Shown piece after piece: positions 18,901 through 27,650 of a stretch of 64,000 nucleotides of DNA. The notes beneath the pieces were generated by a model that searched no databases, was not told the origin of the DNA, and was given only the letters and a program-made list of their open reading frames with translations. Source of the stretch: a virus (taxonomy: Duplodnaviria > Caudoviricetes); the IMG/VR virus record IMGVR_UViG_3300025168_016729, positions 637 through 64,636 of that record, one strand, 5' to 3'. How positions within the stretch are numbered: position 1 is the first letter of the stretch; every line of letters starts with the position of its first letter. The translations under genes and the position numbers were made by a program.

Positions 18901-21900
18901 GGTTCGGACATCCTGACTATATTCTTCATAAGAGTTGTAGAATGGCGCTCGGCTTTCTAATAAATCGCCGCGATTTGGTCCCTCAATAACACGGCGGGCA
19001 GTATTGGCTACCCACGCTGGGCGACTATAAGCTCCCCCTGGCGAAGCAGGGTAGACAAAATATGGGCAAGTTGTAACAGCGGGTGCGCCCCCCGCCATAG
19101 CACTCATAGTGCCATAAGGTCCTGATATAAATGTGCCGGCTATTGTTTTACCATTCATGCTGGTTCCCGCAGTATCCGCCACAAGATTTACCTGGTTTGA
19201 GGCTAAAGATGCAACCGAAATATTAATTGCCCCAGCCGCTTGGGATAAACCAATAGTCTGTCCAATTGCCTGTGCAACCTTGGTTGTAGTGTTTGCATCT
19301 GAGCACCCTATATTAGTAGCGGTAGAACTAGCCACTGCAATAGCTTGATCAAATATATAACTAACTGCTCCGTGCGCAACATCATTAAGAATTAGGGTCA
19401 AACTGTTAAGACTGTAGTCTGTGCCACCAGACCAAGTGGTTACTGCTACGCCCGTGACACCAGTATCACTAGAGGCTATAGGTTCGGAATTCCAGGGCGT
19501 ACCAGCCGTACCGGCAGTCAGTGTTATAGTATCTGTCCCAGATTTAGCTGGGGCAGCGATGTTTAGTGGTGATGCATCAGAGCGAGATGCATCTATAGCA
19601 TTGTAGAGTTGATTTCTAGATTCTTCTTTTGTGAACCAACTACTATCAGCGTTTTGTACTCCTACTTCGTATTTATTAGCGCCTGAGTCAAATACATTAG
19701 CACTAGATCCTGCCTTAAATTCAAAAGTTTTTGTCTGCGTAAGGTCATCAATCTCTATTGTGACTGAGGCTCCAGCTAAAGTGTTTCCAGCAGCACTAGC
19801 ACCAAGCTCTAATTCACCAACAGCCGTGGCGTTACCTTGACCTTGGAAAACAGAGGCTACGATAGCTGCGGTAGCAGCGGTAGCAGAAGTCGTGGAACAA
19901 ACTTGAGTCATCGCTGGGGCGCTATAAATATATTGGGCTGATATGGCATCTCCTCTGAGATATTCTGAAGAATTTGCTGTTGAGTTTTGCCTCATTCTTC
20001 CATGGCTTGTCATCATGAGTTCGCCCGAAGCTAACGTAGATGCTCCAGCTAAAAGAAATCTGCGACCAGCGCCATCCACCGCACCCTTGAGACTTGAAGT
20101 AGACTCACTGTAAAGATAAGAATCCATCGGCCATAGGGACCCTGAGCCATTTCCAGTAAACGTGGCGAGGGGTGTGGTTGCTGAATCGTATGAAAGTTGG
20201 TTGTATTGTGATGTCAAGTATCCTTGAGAAGTTACGAAAGAGGAAGATATTCGGGGATATTGTCGGTTATAGGCTTCAATATTAGTATCATTGTCCAATA
20301 AAGCCAGGCTCGTTATTGGTGTAGCCGCAATATTCACAGTGGCTACTGTTTTATCATTCTTCCAAAAATTAGTGGAAAAAGATAAGCGACCTCTAGATGC
20401 AGAGAGATAAGTATATATTTCTTTGGGATATATTGTTTCTGCATATGATGTAAGACGAATAATGTCAGTGCCATCTACTGTGGAACGTAAATTTGTGATA
20501 TGATTATCACGGAAACTTTCATACGGTCTCTTAATCTTATTGGTTGCCCACTTAAGTGATTTACCCCACCTATTGTTGAGCGACCGATTAGCAAACCCCA
20601 TCAAATAATTACCGTAAGCATATTCCACAGTCACATTCATAGGCTTATGATAATCAGTTGCTTCAGCAGTCCCTGGGTGTGTTTTTATGTGATGAAGAAG
20701 TGGCTTATAGCGTGATGTTATGGGTGCTTCCCGAAAACGGGCAATATACCGATAGGGAACTTGATTACCAGCGCGATCTTGTTGGAGACGTGTTGCGTAA
20801 GATCCAAGAGACCTGTTTTCATTAGTTGCAATTTGCCTCTCTTGTGAGGTTAATTGAGCAGTAGCAGGAGCAATTTCATATAAATTATCTCTCCTGTAGT
20901 AAGACCCAAGCGTTGACTCTCCTTGGCGAAGCTGGGTCCATGGAACAAAATCTACGTTTTCTGTAGACCACAAATAAGAAGTTTGCCCAGAACTATTAGA
21001 AAACAGACACTTATCTCCGAACTTATTTATGTCCGCCGTCAAAAGACTACTTGTAGTAATAGTAATATTGCGAGGATAATGAGATGAAGAAAGAACAAAT
21101 TGGTCCATCAACTCTTTTCCTGGGCTGTTTGTGCCAGACAAGGACATAAACCAGGCGGTTCTGTCACCGGCAGGTATAGGACGAGAAAAGAACCCATTGT
21201 CTCTTACTGACCCAGTGTTCAGAGTATATCCTGCGCCTGGAGTTAGTTCGCCCGCATAAATTTGAATTCTTTCCGTTGTGTTTCTTTGGGTTTTATGTAC
21301 TGCTGCGTAGTTTCCGTACACCCCATTATTAAGATTGGTTAACACATTGGGGACAGTTGGCGACAACTCATTTAAAACATTTATTCCAGAACTTGTTATA
21401 AATCCACCCCAGCCAGTATAGTTTTTCATCTGGGTGTTGTAAGCTTCTCTTACGGGTATATTCCGGAAGGGGAGAGCGTTATTCGGAGCAAGTTGATCGG
21501 AAGTTATATCTCGGAATTGCTGCCTAGACACTAGTTTTCCGCCGGGAGAAGAGAACCTACTCACAAATATATTTTGATTAGTGCGGCGATCGGCCCGTTG
21601 TCTTGGGTTAGCATAATCAACAGATCCCGTCCTTCCAATTACCAACTCCCCATGAAAAGGAACTGACTGGCTACGCATTGTGGGAGGTGTAAGGAATGCT
21701 GTTGGAATAGATCCTGTGTAATATGACCCAGTATTAAATATGAAGTCCATATTGGCTGAGTCACGATCCGAGGACTGAAACACTTCATACCCTAATTTAT
21801 AATTTCCAATTATGTTTACTCCGTCACTCGGTGTTAGCGATCCGGTAAAAGTTTTAATGTTTTGGATATTTAAGGGAGATTTAGAACCATGGTCGCGAAG

Positions 21901-24900
21901 ATATTGACCCTTCGGAGTAATTCCTGTTGTAATTCTCGCTATTTCAATTTGACCTCCAGCTATTGCAAGAGTGTGAGATTCACGACGGTAACGACTTACT
22001 GAAGTAGCAGCGCCGATATCTTTATAACTCATAGGAGCGACATGACGAGCTTGAAATCCGCCTACGTGCTGCTGAGTGAAGGGCGACTGCATTGGTAGGC
22101 TATTTTGGAAAGGATGAATAACATCTTCGTGGAGATTTGTTATGTTTACTCCGGATAATCCGCCCTCCAACAGTACACTTTGATATCCTCCACGGTCGTT
22201 ACTAGAACTCATTAGAGAGAAAGGTGCCAACAAATCTCCTTTGTATCCCCTCCCATCCTTAGTAGCCTTAAACGGAATTTTATTTTTTGTTCCCGGAATT
22301 AATTCGTCAACACATACCTTGAGCGATTCAAAATCAGAAAATACAACATCTTTAATATTTCTTCTCTTATTGAGGCTCTGGTTTATGCCGCCGATCGTAG
22401 GAAAGTTTAGTTTAGTGGTAAGACACACTATATTGCTGCTACTGTGATCTTGCTTGAGTGCATTAAAAATAGCATTAGCAGAACTTTGGTTTCCTGCGGG
22501 GATATTTAATTGACCGTTATTTCTTTGCGCTTTTAAGTTCCACCAATTGCAGTTCGTATCTTGTTTGTTATTAAGCGGTGCGTGAGTAAATTTCCACCCA
22601 GGCTCATCAGGACAGATTTTTCCTGAGTTTGAAACAGTCCCATAGGGTGCGGGCATCCTTACTTTATAAGATCCAGGATATTTATAACTTATTTTAGGTC
22701 GTTCAAGCGAATGGTTCTCTATAATTGTTCTAACGTTATCAGCCTTGGCAGCACTAGCTGGGAGAAGTTGTTGAATCATCTCCCCCATAGAAACATCTAA
22801 CCATTTATAAAACTTAACATACTTTTCAAAATCCGGTGCCCCTTGGACATTTCTAAAGAATATTTCTCGTAGTTTTTCTAAATTTTTGTAATTTGGGCGG
22901 TACTTATTGACCGGTTCACCGATTAAATTATTGTACTCTTCTATGGATGCAAATAATTGCAACATGCGCTCGGAAATACTTCTATATAAACTCTTTTCAA
23001 CAGCAAAAAATAAATTTGTTGGTCGGTAGTTTATTGTAAACATCTCATCATCAGAATCTAAAATTCTGATCATGTCATCTGATATAGAATAATCCACAGG
23101 TTGCAGAATTCCAGTGTTTACATACTGCTTCTTGATTGTAACAGTACTGGCAGGGAATAAATCTCCCCGTCCCGTGTGCTGTCTAAGATTAATATCACTA
23201 AATGTGGAGTTTGCTCCATTTTGATAGTCTGATATATAACCAGCGTTTACTGATCCAGAGGAGTAGTCACTGACACTAAATTGTCCTATTGTATTACTAC
23301 CTGTTAAATTAGCAAAGTCCCAGTTCATAGCTAGGGTCTGGATTTCAGGAATATATACATTTGGTTTTTCGGTCTGGAATGAATATGCATTCCTATAAGG
23401 ATTCTTTCGTCCAAAACTAAATGACTCGCGAGCGTGAAAATCTACCGTATCATTGGGTATATAATCACTCCAGTAACGGCAACTAGATGCACGAGTGTCG
23501 GCATATTCTAAAAGAGTACTATTATAGTTTGTGCGGTGAGCACCAAGATAAAGTCGTTTTGCCGAGTTAATCATTGCCGACCCTGTGGTATACTGTAGGT
23601 CTAGCTTTTCAGAAAAACTATTTCTCTTAATATTACCATCATAGTTTACACCGTATAATTCCAATTCATATTCTAGGGCGGTACCACCAACAAAACTTGT
23701 CCCTAGAACTCCTTCGGCGTATGGCCATTTTTTAGGCTTGACACTAAGTGCTATATTCCACTTTTGATTATCATAAACCTCACTGAAGACACTACTGGTT
23801 AATAGGGTAGTTCCTGCCCGATTTTCAACGGCAAAATATACATCGCGAACTCTTTCGGTTGGAGAAGATATAGTCGCGTAGTCGCCGGGTGATTTTACCG
23901 CATAAACTTGTAAACCCCAATCAAAATTAGATCCTATCCAGGTTAAATCGGTAGAAGTTTGAGAAGGGTACTGGGGAGTGTGATAGCCAAACAGAGAAGA
24001 TGTTACAGGGAAAGAAGGAACGAAAGGTAAATTATCCACGTTTGATCGGTCTGGAAAGACAAATTCAGACTCTATTGTGAAGGCAAACTCTTCTAAATTA
24101 GTAGCCGAGCCAGAACCGTTAATCAGTCCATAGGAACTGGGGTTGGAACTGTCATAATATTGATAAACTGTGGACTGATTACTTTGAGCACTGACTAGCC
24201 CTGAAAAGTCAACATATTTCTTAGGCGAGGAAATATTTCTATAACTGCTCGTAAGATAATACTTAGAATTATTGGCATAAGCATTAAGAGAAATTATATC
24301 TTCACCCACCCCCAAGCAACGAATAAAATTTCGGACTGATTTAGCTGTCCCTTTAGACTTATAGATAAAGCTTAAGTTATTGTAGATATTTCGGTATATG
24401 ATGTTCTTAGTGTTGTTAAGAGCTTGATCAAATTTTATCTTCTCATCTCGCTGTGTAAATTGAGCCAAGGCACTAATATTTTCAAAGAATTCCGGAGTCT
24501 CAAGTCCAGCATTATCTACAAGTCGGTTAACATGAGGAAACTCTTTTATACTACCAGATAAGCTCCCACTCATATATTCTACATTTTTAAGCTTAGATAA
24601 GTAATCTATCTGGATATAAGCAGTGTCAAAATAGTTACTCATCACCTGAACAAGGGAAGTTAATTCTCCTCCGTCATTTTCGTCTTCTTCTATTATCCAT
24701 GCAGGAACTTGATTTATCAGCCGTGAGGAATTATTATAATCGTAGACAGATCCAGTTAAACTAAGTCCGCTTCGCTTATTTAAAAACAGCGGGTTAGTTT
24801 TTCTAATAATGGGATCTTTTGCTTCTGTTACGCTAGTAAGATTTAGAGTATCTACTGCGGATCCTGTATTTCTACTATATGCCGGGTTATATTGAATATA

Positions 24901-26112
24901 AGAACCGTTAGAGACACGACCAGAATAATCAAGAATTATTTTATCAACAGTAGTATCTCCAGTGATACCCGCATTAAATTTGTAGTATACCCCTAGATCC
25001 TTATTTGCATCAAATTTATCACTTCCGCCATCAACATGAGTAAACCAATATCTTCCTATATCTTGTGCATTCCTGTTGCTCTTCCAGAAACGAAACTCGT
25101 CTAATGAGGCAGATAATTTACCATATCCTTGAAATTGTAATTCAGTATAAGCCGTGCCCTCTAGAGAGCCGGAGGTAGCTGCACGCAAAGCTCCGATATT
25201 ACTAACCAGAGATCCAGTGACAAGACCGATCGTACCTGCTTGGTGACCAGATGCAGTAATATTGGTTTCATAACATGTACCATCAATATAAAAATCTACT
25301 GTAGGAATAGTATTTTTAGTGTTGAACACAAACGAATAATGATTCCACGATCCACTACATATAGCAATCGTTCCTGTAGTAGGAATTGATTGGGTGAAAT
25401 ATCCCGTAGTTCCAGACAACATTGTGACATGAAAACGGTCTTCTGATCCGGAAAAAACTTCTACCCGAAGTCGTCCATAGCCTGCCGAGGATGAAGCATG
25501 TCCATTCCAGAGATCATATATAACTTGTTTTTCACCTTGGGCTGAAGAATTGGGCATTCCTTCGTTCTTTTTATAAAAGAATTCTACAGTAGAACCGCTA
25601 AGTCCACCAAACTCAAGATTTGATGTTCTATTCTCTGGAACTGAATAAATCGTTCCGGTATGAGGACCACCCTTGGTCTGGACATATTCTGAAGGGCTCG
25701 CGGAAGCGTAGCCATAACCAACTAACTGATCAGTTTTTGTTCCCCAAGAGGGGCTAAGTACCACAAACCCAGTACTTCCAGGATATTCTTCATCAAAAAT
25801 GTACTTTTCTAAAGGATTTAAATCATTATAAAACTTGATCTTTTCTGCTGCTGGACCATCGTAGGGATAGTATCCAGCAACATAGTTCATAGAATCATTG
25901 TAATACTTTTGGGCTGAGCCAAACTTAACAAAGTTGACCGGATTAGAATAATCTACAGGAGGTACTAATTGATCCTGTCTTTCAATACTTTCAGACAATT
26001 GTCCTGGGGATTTTATTCCGTCCACAGTTTCCGTAGACGTATCCTTAAGATACTTTGAAACAACTGTAGTCTGTCTGTTGTTTTGAAATAATTTACCTAA
26101 TCCGTTACTCAT
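15955..26112 (-). CDS. Giant (3385 aa) baseplate wedge/tail-associated protein with LamG-like domains
   Basis: LamG-like motifs (STVEFF, WNHYSFVF..FYIDG, LDEFRFWK; a second copy around WNIALSV..LYLGA). IYKSKGTAKSVRNFIRCLG resembles a P2 gpI/T4 gp7-type wedge segment. Lies next to gp6/gp25 homologues. Confidence 0.7.
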   Translation of the reverse strand: MSNGLGKLFQNNRQTTVVSKYLKDTSTETVDGIKSPGQLSESIERQDQLVPPVDYSNPVNFVKFGSAQKYYNDSMNYVAGYYPYDGPAAEKIKFYNDLNPLEKYIFDEEYPGSTGFVVLSPSWGTKTDQLVGYGYASASPSEYVQTKGGPHTGTIYSVPENRTSNLEFGGLSGSTVEFFYKKNEGMPNSSAQGEKQVIYDLWNGHASSSAGYGRLRVEVFSGSEDRFHVTMLSGTTGYFTQSIPTTGTIAICSGSWNHYSFVFNTKNTIPTVDFYIDGTCYETNITASGHQAGTIGLVTGSLVSNIGALRAATSGSLEGTAYTELQFQGYGKLSASLDEFRFWKSNRNAQDIGRYWFTHVDGGSDKFDANKDLGVYYKFNAGITGDTTVDKIILDYSGRVSNGSYIQYNPAYSRNTGSAVDTLNLTSVTEAKDPIIRKTNPLFLNKRSGLSLTGSVYDYNNSSRLINQVPAWIIEEDENDGGELTSLVQVMSNYFDTAYIQIDYLSKLKNVEYMSGSLSGSIKEFPHVNRLVDNAGLETPEFFENISALAQFTQRDEKIKFDQALNNTKNIIYRNIYNNLSFIYKSKGTAKSVRNFIRCLGVGEDIISLNAYANNSKYYLTSSYRNISSPKKYVDFSGLVSAQSNQSTVYQYYDSSNPSSYGLINGSGSATNLEEFAFTIESEFVFPDRSNVDNLPFVPSFPVTSSLFGYHTPQYPSQTSTDLTWIGSNFDWGLQVYAVKSPGDYATISSPTERVRDVYFAVENRAGTTLLTSSVFSEVYDNQKWNIALSVKPKKWPYAEGVLGTSFVGGTALEYELELYGVNYDGNIKRNSFSEKLDLQYTTGSAMINSAKRLYLGAHRTNYNSTLLEYADTRASSCRYWSDYIPNDTVDFHARESFSFGRKNPYRNAYSFQTEKPNVYIPEIQTLAMNWDFANLTGSNTIGQFSVSDYSSGSVNAGYISDYQNGANSTFSDINLRQHTGRGDLFPASTVTIKKQYVNTGILQPVDYSISDDMIRILDSDDEMFTINYRPTNLFFAVEKSLYRSISERMLQLFASIEEYNNLIGEPVNKYRPNYKNLEKLREIFFRNVQGAPDFEKYVKFYKWLDVSMGEMIQQLLPASAAKADNVRTIIENHSLERPKISYKYPGSYKVRMPAPYGTVSNSGKICPDEPGWKFTHAPLNNKQDTNCNWWNLKAQRNNGQLNIPAGNQSSANAIFNALKQDHSSSNIVCLTTKLNFPTIGGINQSLNKRRNIKDVVFSDFESLKVCVDELIPGTKNKIPFKATKDGRGYKGDLLAPFSLMSSSNDRGGYQSVLLEGGLSGVNITNLHEDVIHPFQNSLPMQSPFTQQHVGGFQARHVAPMSYKDIGAATSVSRYRRESHTLAIAGGQIEIARITTGITPKGQYLRDHGSKSPLNIQNIKTFTGSLTPSDGVNIIGNYKLGYEVFQSSDRDSANMDFIFNTGSYYTGSIPTAFLTPPTMRSQSVPFHGELVIGRTGSVDYANPRQRADRRTNQNIFVSRFSSPGGKLVSRQQFRDITSDQLAPNNALPFRNIPVREAYNTQMKNYTGWGGFITSSGINVLNELSPTVPNVLTNLNNGVYGNYAAVHKTQRNTTERIQIYAGELTPGAGYTLNTGSVRDNGFFSRPIPAGDRTAWFMSLSGTNSPGKELMDQFVLSSSHYPRNITITTSSLLTADINKFGDKCLFSNSSGQTSYLWSTENVDFVPWTQLRQGESTLGSYYRRDNLYEIAPATAQLTSQERQIATNENRSLGSYATRLQQDRAGNQVPYRYIARFREAPITSRYKPLLHHIKTHPGTAEATDYHKPMNVTVEYAYGNYLMGFANRSLNNRWGKSLKWATNKIKRPYESFRDNHITNLRSTVDGTDIIRLTSYAETIYPKEIYTYLSASRGRLSFSTNFWKNDKTVATVNIAATPITSLALLDNDTNIEAYNRQYPRISSSFVTSQGYLTSQYNQLSYDSATTPLATFTGNGSGSLWPMDSYLYSESTSSLKGAVDGAGRRFLLAGASTLASGELMMTSHGRMRQNSTANSSEYLRGDAISAQYIYSAPAMTQVCSTTSATAATAAIVASVFQGQGNATAVGELELGASAAGNTLAGASVTIEIDDLTQTKTFEFKAGSSANVFDSGANKYEVGVQNADSSWFTKEESRNQLYNAIDASRSDASPLNIAAPAKSGTDTITLTAGTAGTPWNSEPIASSDTGVTGVAVTTWSGGTDYSLNSLTLILNDVAHGAVSYIFDQAIAVASSTATNIGCSDANTTTKVAQAIGQTIGLSQAAGAINISVASLASNQVNLVADTAGTSMNGKTIAGTFISGPYGTMSAMAGGAPAVTTCPYFVYPASPGGAYSRPAWVANTARRVIEGPNRGDLLESRAPFYNSYEEYSQDVRTKGQEYTIVPEYRMSEHLQTYENNGDAFSLVSSTLSLTGANNTTYDSSSPTFFERYVNSDNIEYLNPFMAKDTLDFSFNNYPRHFEIKSDAVLKLLPYEGFYPVNRTLQLATLFSSSYSFSFTGVSGSSTQAMRSMLRPYFAPGIIYNSIKSGIAVDYPVRRIGKNEDQFLPMTASLILDGALSGTLISPTAGQIPGNNRRFSGNNPATVGQNSFDFSVNNVNKFMWADRLPFEALLSPDNYLGNSRDATVLSDINEVIFNDVSGSLKEGSPLYRKGMSNFLASVPEFFLSHKTNLNGSDGFLTKFVSRFGKSSNSSDSSADNSSVPSAAQVYADGQTAYMMEICLSKTDKFNLYNNPYAFGVPTATGSSGWALYTSGNLGAKGAQRPSGSTWPDHYGEFAPFTPPYYYGTSVARITFAPKDSRNYTLNEIIGNAAQDTTIEFLNESGSYYDFDIGSYLDLNGNTQSTTATPPYGWNRAWQNRMDIDASVSLTNIFPLENGATTPVDPNKWVIMPKWECPILDFPNWSSATTAGKYNFSSSVELGDFDSSQAGTYGMWHQYGIMPQENEGVFLYIKDVSLKETELRLVGDPTLGATNSTGQQIEMRKVPKWVIESGRTIGSLGDLVGFDPGEIMRGTFESQKAKRLGVLGESDEKIISEAVIAMPFYMDAANKPKFMTLKASPTELGPKIKEFRRTFTNYSLPPSLAMRLAPLLPSTYPRVSSFINPFGGDDYDSTLANVELIETPVVYMMEHGVSLSRQDLADIWQGLAPEAGTSLKMDVTAIDHYMPGEKVEEDPLIFPEIIQKQIELNIPRTGHPRVDLLDISNLPSKDGFNVDIKWFVFKVKRRGLKSYDKLITKEVNGYDFDPYQAAIDRLEQGPLSRASEERILGLRSVMSIMSYADNNAVNDPTYNWPYDYFSLIELDKITTKLGFRPDLAKENAELDEVQEARLDLANNPVQDSVGLAPNAIAGLINNQNDGNS

Positions 26113-27650
26113 GGTAGTTCATCATCAATCCTGAATTTAAATATTTCTTTCTGGTTTTGATAGTTTCCATTTAAATTATATGAAAATTGAATACCATATG
26201 TATATCCAGTCTCTAGCAAAGATGTATCTAATTCAAAATAGTTCCCGCTAACATCATAAGATAGTTTAGTATAATTGTTTACAGAGCTTCCTGTTCCGAA
26301 TGGAATGACATCAAAATTATCGGCTGTTCGGAACACACGGTAAAAGGCATCATCTATTATTTCAGGCTCAACATCTTTAGTGGCCACTGTATATATGTTT
26401 GGAGACCAGTCTTTTTGACGTGCAAATACCCTTAGTCTCGGGGTCTGACCCTGAACGTAAGAACTTTGAAGATTTGTGATACTCGTATTGTATTGTATGT
26501 TATAGAGAAGATTTTTAGCAGCCAAGGTGGATGGGTCAAAGCTTCCAATATGATAGGTAATAGCGTTGGCTCCGGAACCAGTAGACCACAAGTCAAAATA
26601 AGAGGAGGTAGTTAATGTCTCACCAGTAGTTGCTCCAGTAAGGTTAGACGCGAAAGAACAAGTATATATGCCTGTTTGTGTTACCCCGTTTTCTATTAAG
26701 AGACCACCTGTCAAGAAGAAGCCGCTTTTTCCGGTTAAATTATTTATTAGTTCAAGAGAATCTCCCTCAGGTGCCGTAGTACCTGAGAAAACTTCTACCT
26801 TCAGCGTATCGTTAACCAGTCCAGGAATATTTTGTAGTTGTCCTCGTACTTGGTTATAAAGATATAGGGTATTGATATTGTCCTGTTCGCCTACTAGGCT
26901 ACTGCTTACTGCAAAATTTCCTCTATTATCTTCTCTTGCGCTATCCCATCGTGCTTCTATGCAAGGTCGCGATAAGAAAAATTGAGAAGTTCTCGCAAAG
27001 AACTTTTTAGTATAATAAGTCCCGGCAGTTCCCGAAATTACAGGATCTGTATTTTTTATAATAAATCCATAGTTAGGATAAGTTGTGTTATTGGTTCGCC
27101 ATTTACTCATCGCGAAATTAATATCAAGATTTAAATCCTCTATACCTCCGGTGAAAAAATAACTAGAACTATGCTGAGATATTGCATTAGCGCCAACACC
27201 GTAATAATCTCCTCCCGCCAAATCCCAAGCTGTGGATGTATTCGCGAAGACCCAGTTGGACTCCCCAAGATCGCTATAGCTTTCCATGTCCAATCCGGAA
27301 CCTTCTTGCCATGCATTATCCTTAATCATAGAAACATCTAAACTATAACTCAAAGGAGTGGTCTGAGCATGAGGTGCATTAAACATACGCAAAACATAGT
27401 CAACACTAGCAGAAGGGATGACACCATTTGTGATATCATTAAGGATGCTATTGACATCAAATTCAATTAATATTCGGGATTGTTCAGCATTAGTAGCGTC
27501 AATAGAGGCTGAGGTTTGTCCATGAATCACGAAGGCCTCTAGAATATCTGAGGCTCCCATATTGGATCCAGTACCACGAGTTTGCAGATTATTCTCAAAC
27601 GCATTCGTTATAGTATTATCACGAATGGCATAGTATCTCTTTATAGCCAT
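26109..27650 (-). CDS. Virion protein with DNRLRE-like beta-sandwich domain
   Basis: DNTI...SRILIEFD...LRMF...W.EG.G...W...NYGFIIK...FFAR...P.IEARWD pattern, followed by Ig-like segments. Confidence 0.6.
   Translation of the reverse strand: MAIKRYYAIRDNTITNAFENNLQTRGTGSNMGASDILEAFVIHGQTSASIDATNAEQSRILIEFDVNSILNDITNGVIPSASVDYVLRMFNAPHAQTTPLSYSLDVSMIKDNAWQEGSGLDMESYSDLGESNWVFANTSTAWDLAGGDYYGVGANAISQHSSSYFFTGGIEDLNLDINFAMSKWRTNNTTYPNYGFIIKNTDPVISGTAGTYYTKKFFARTSQFFLSRPCIEARWDSAREDNRGNFAVSSSLVGEQDNINTLYLYNQVRGQLQNIPGLVNDTLKVEVFSGTTAPEGDSLELINNLTGKSGFFLTGGLLIENGVTQTGIYTCSFASNLTGATTGETLTTSSYFDLWSTGSGANAITYHIGSFDPSTLAAKNLLYNIQYNTSITNLQSSYVQGQTPRLRVFARQKDWSPNIYTVATKDVEPEIIDDAFYRVFRTADNFDVIPFGTGSSVNNYTKLSYDVSGNYFELDTSLLETGYTYGIQFSYNLNGNYQNQKEIFKFRIDDELP

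Noticed and set aside
19066-19899. Intein in the giant protein (insertion begins at a Cys)
   Set aside because: There are no intein block A/B/G motifs, no His-Asn C-terminus and no homing-endonuclease motifs; the composition is that of a structural beta domain.
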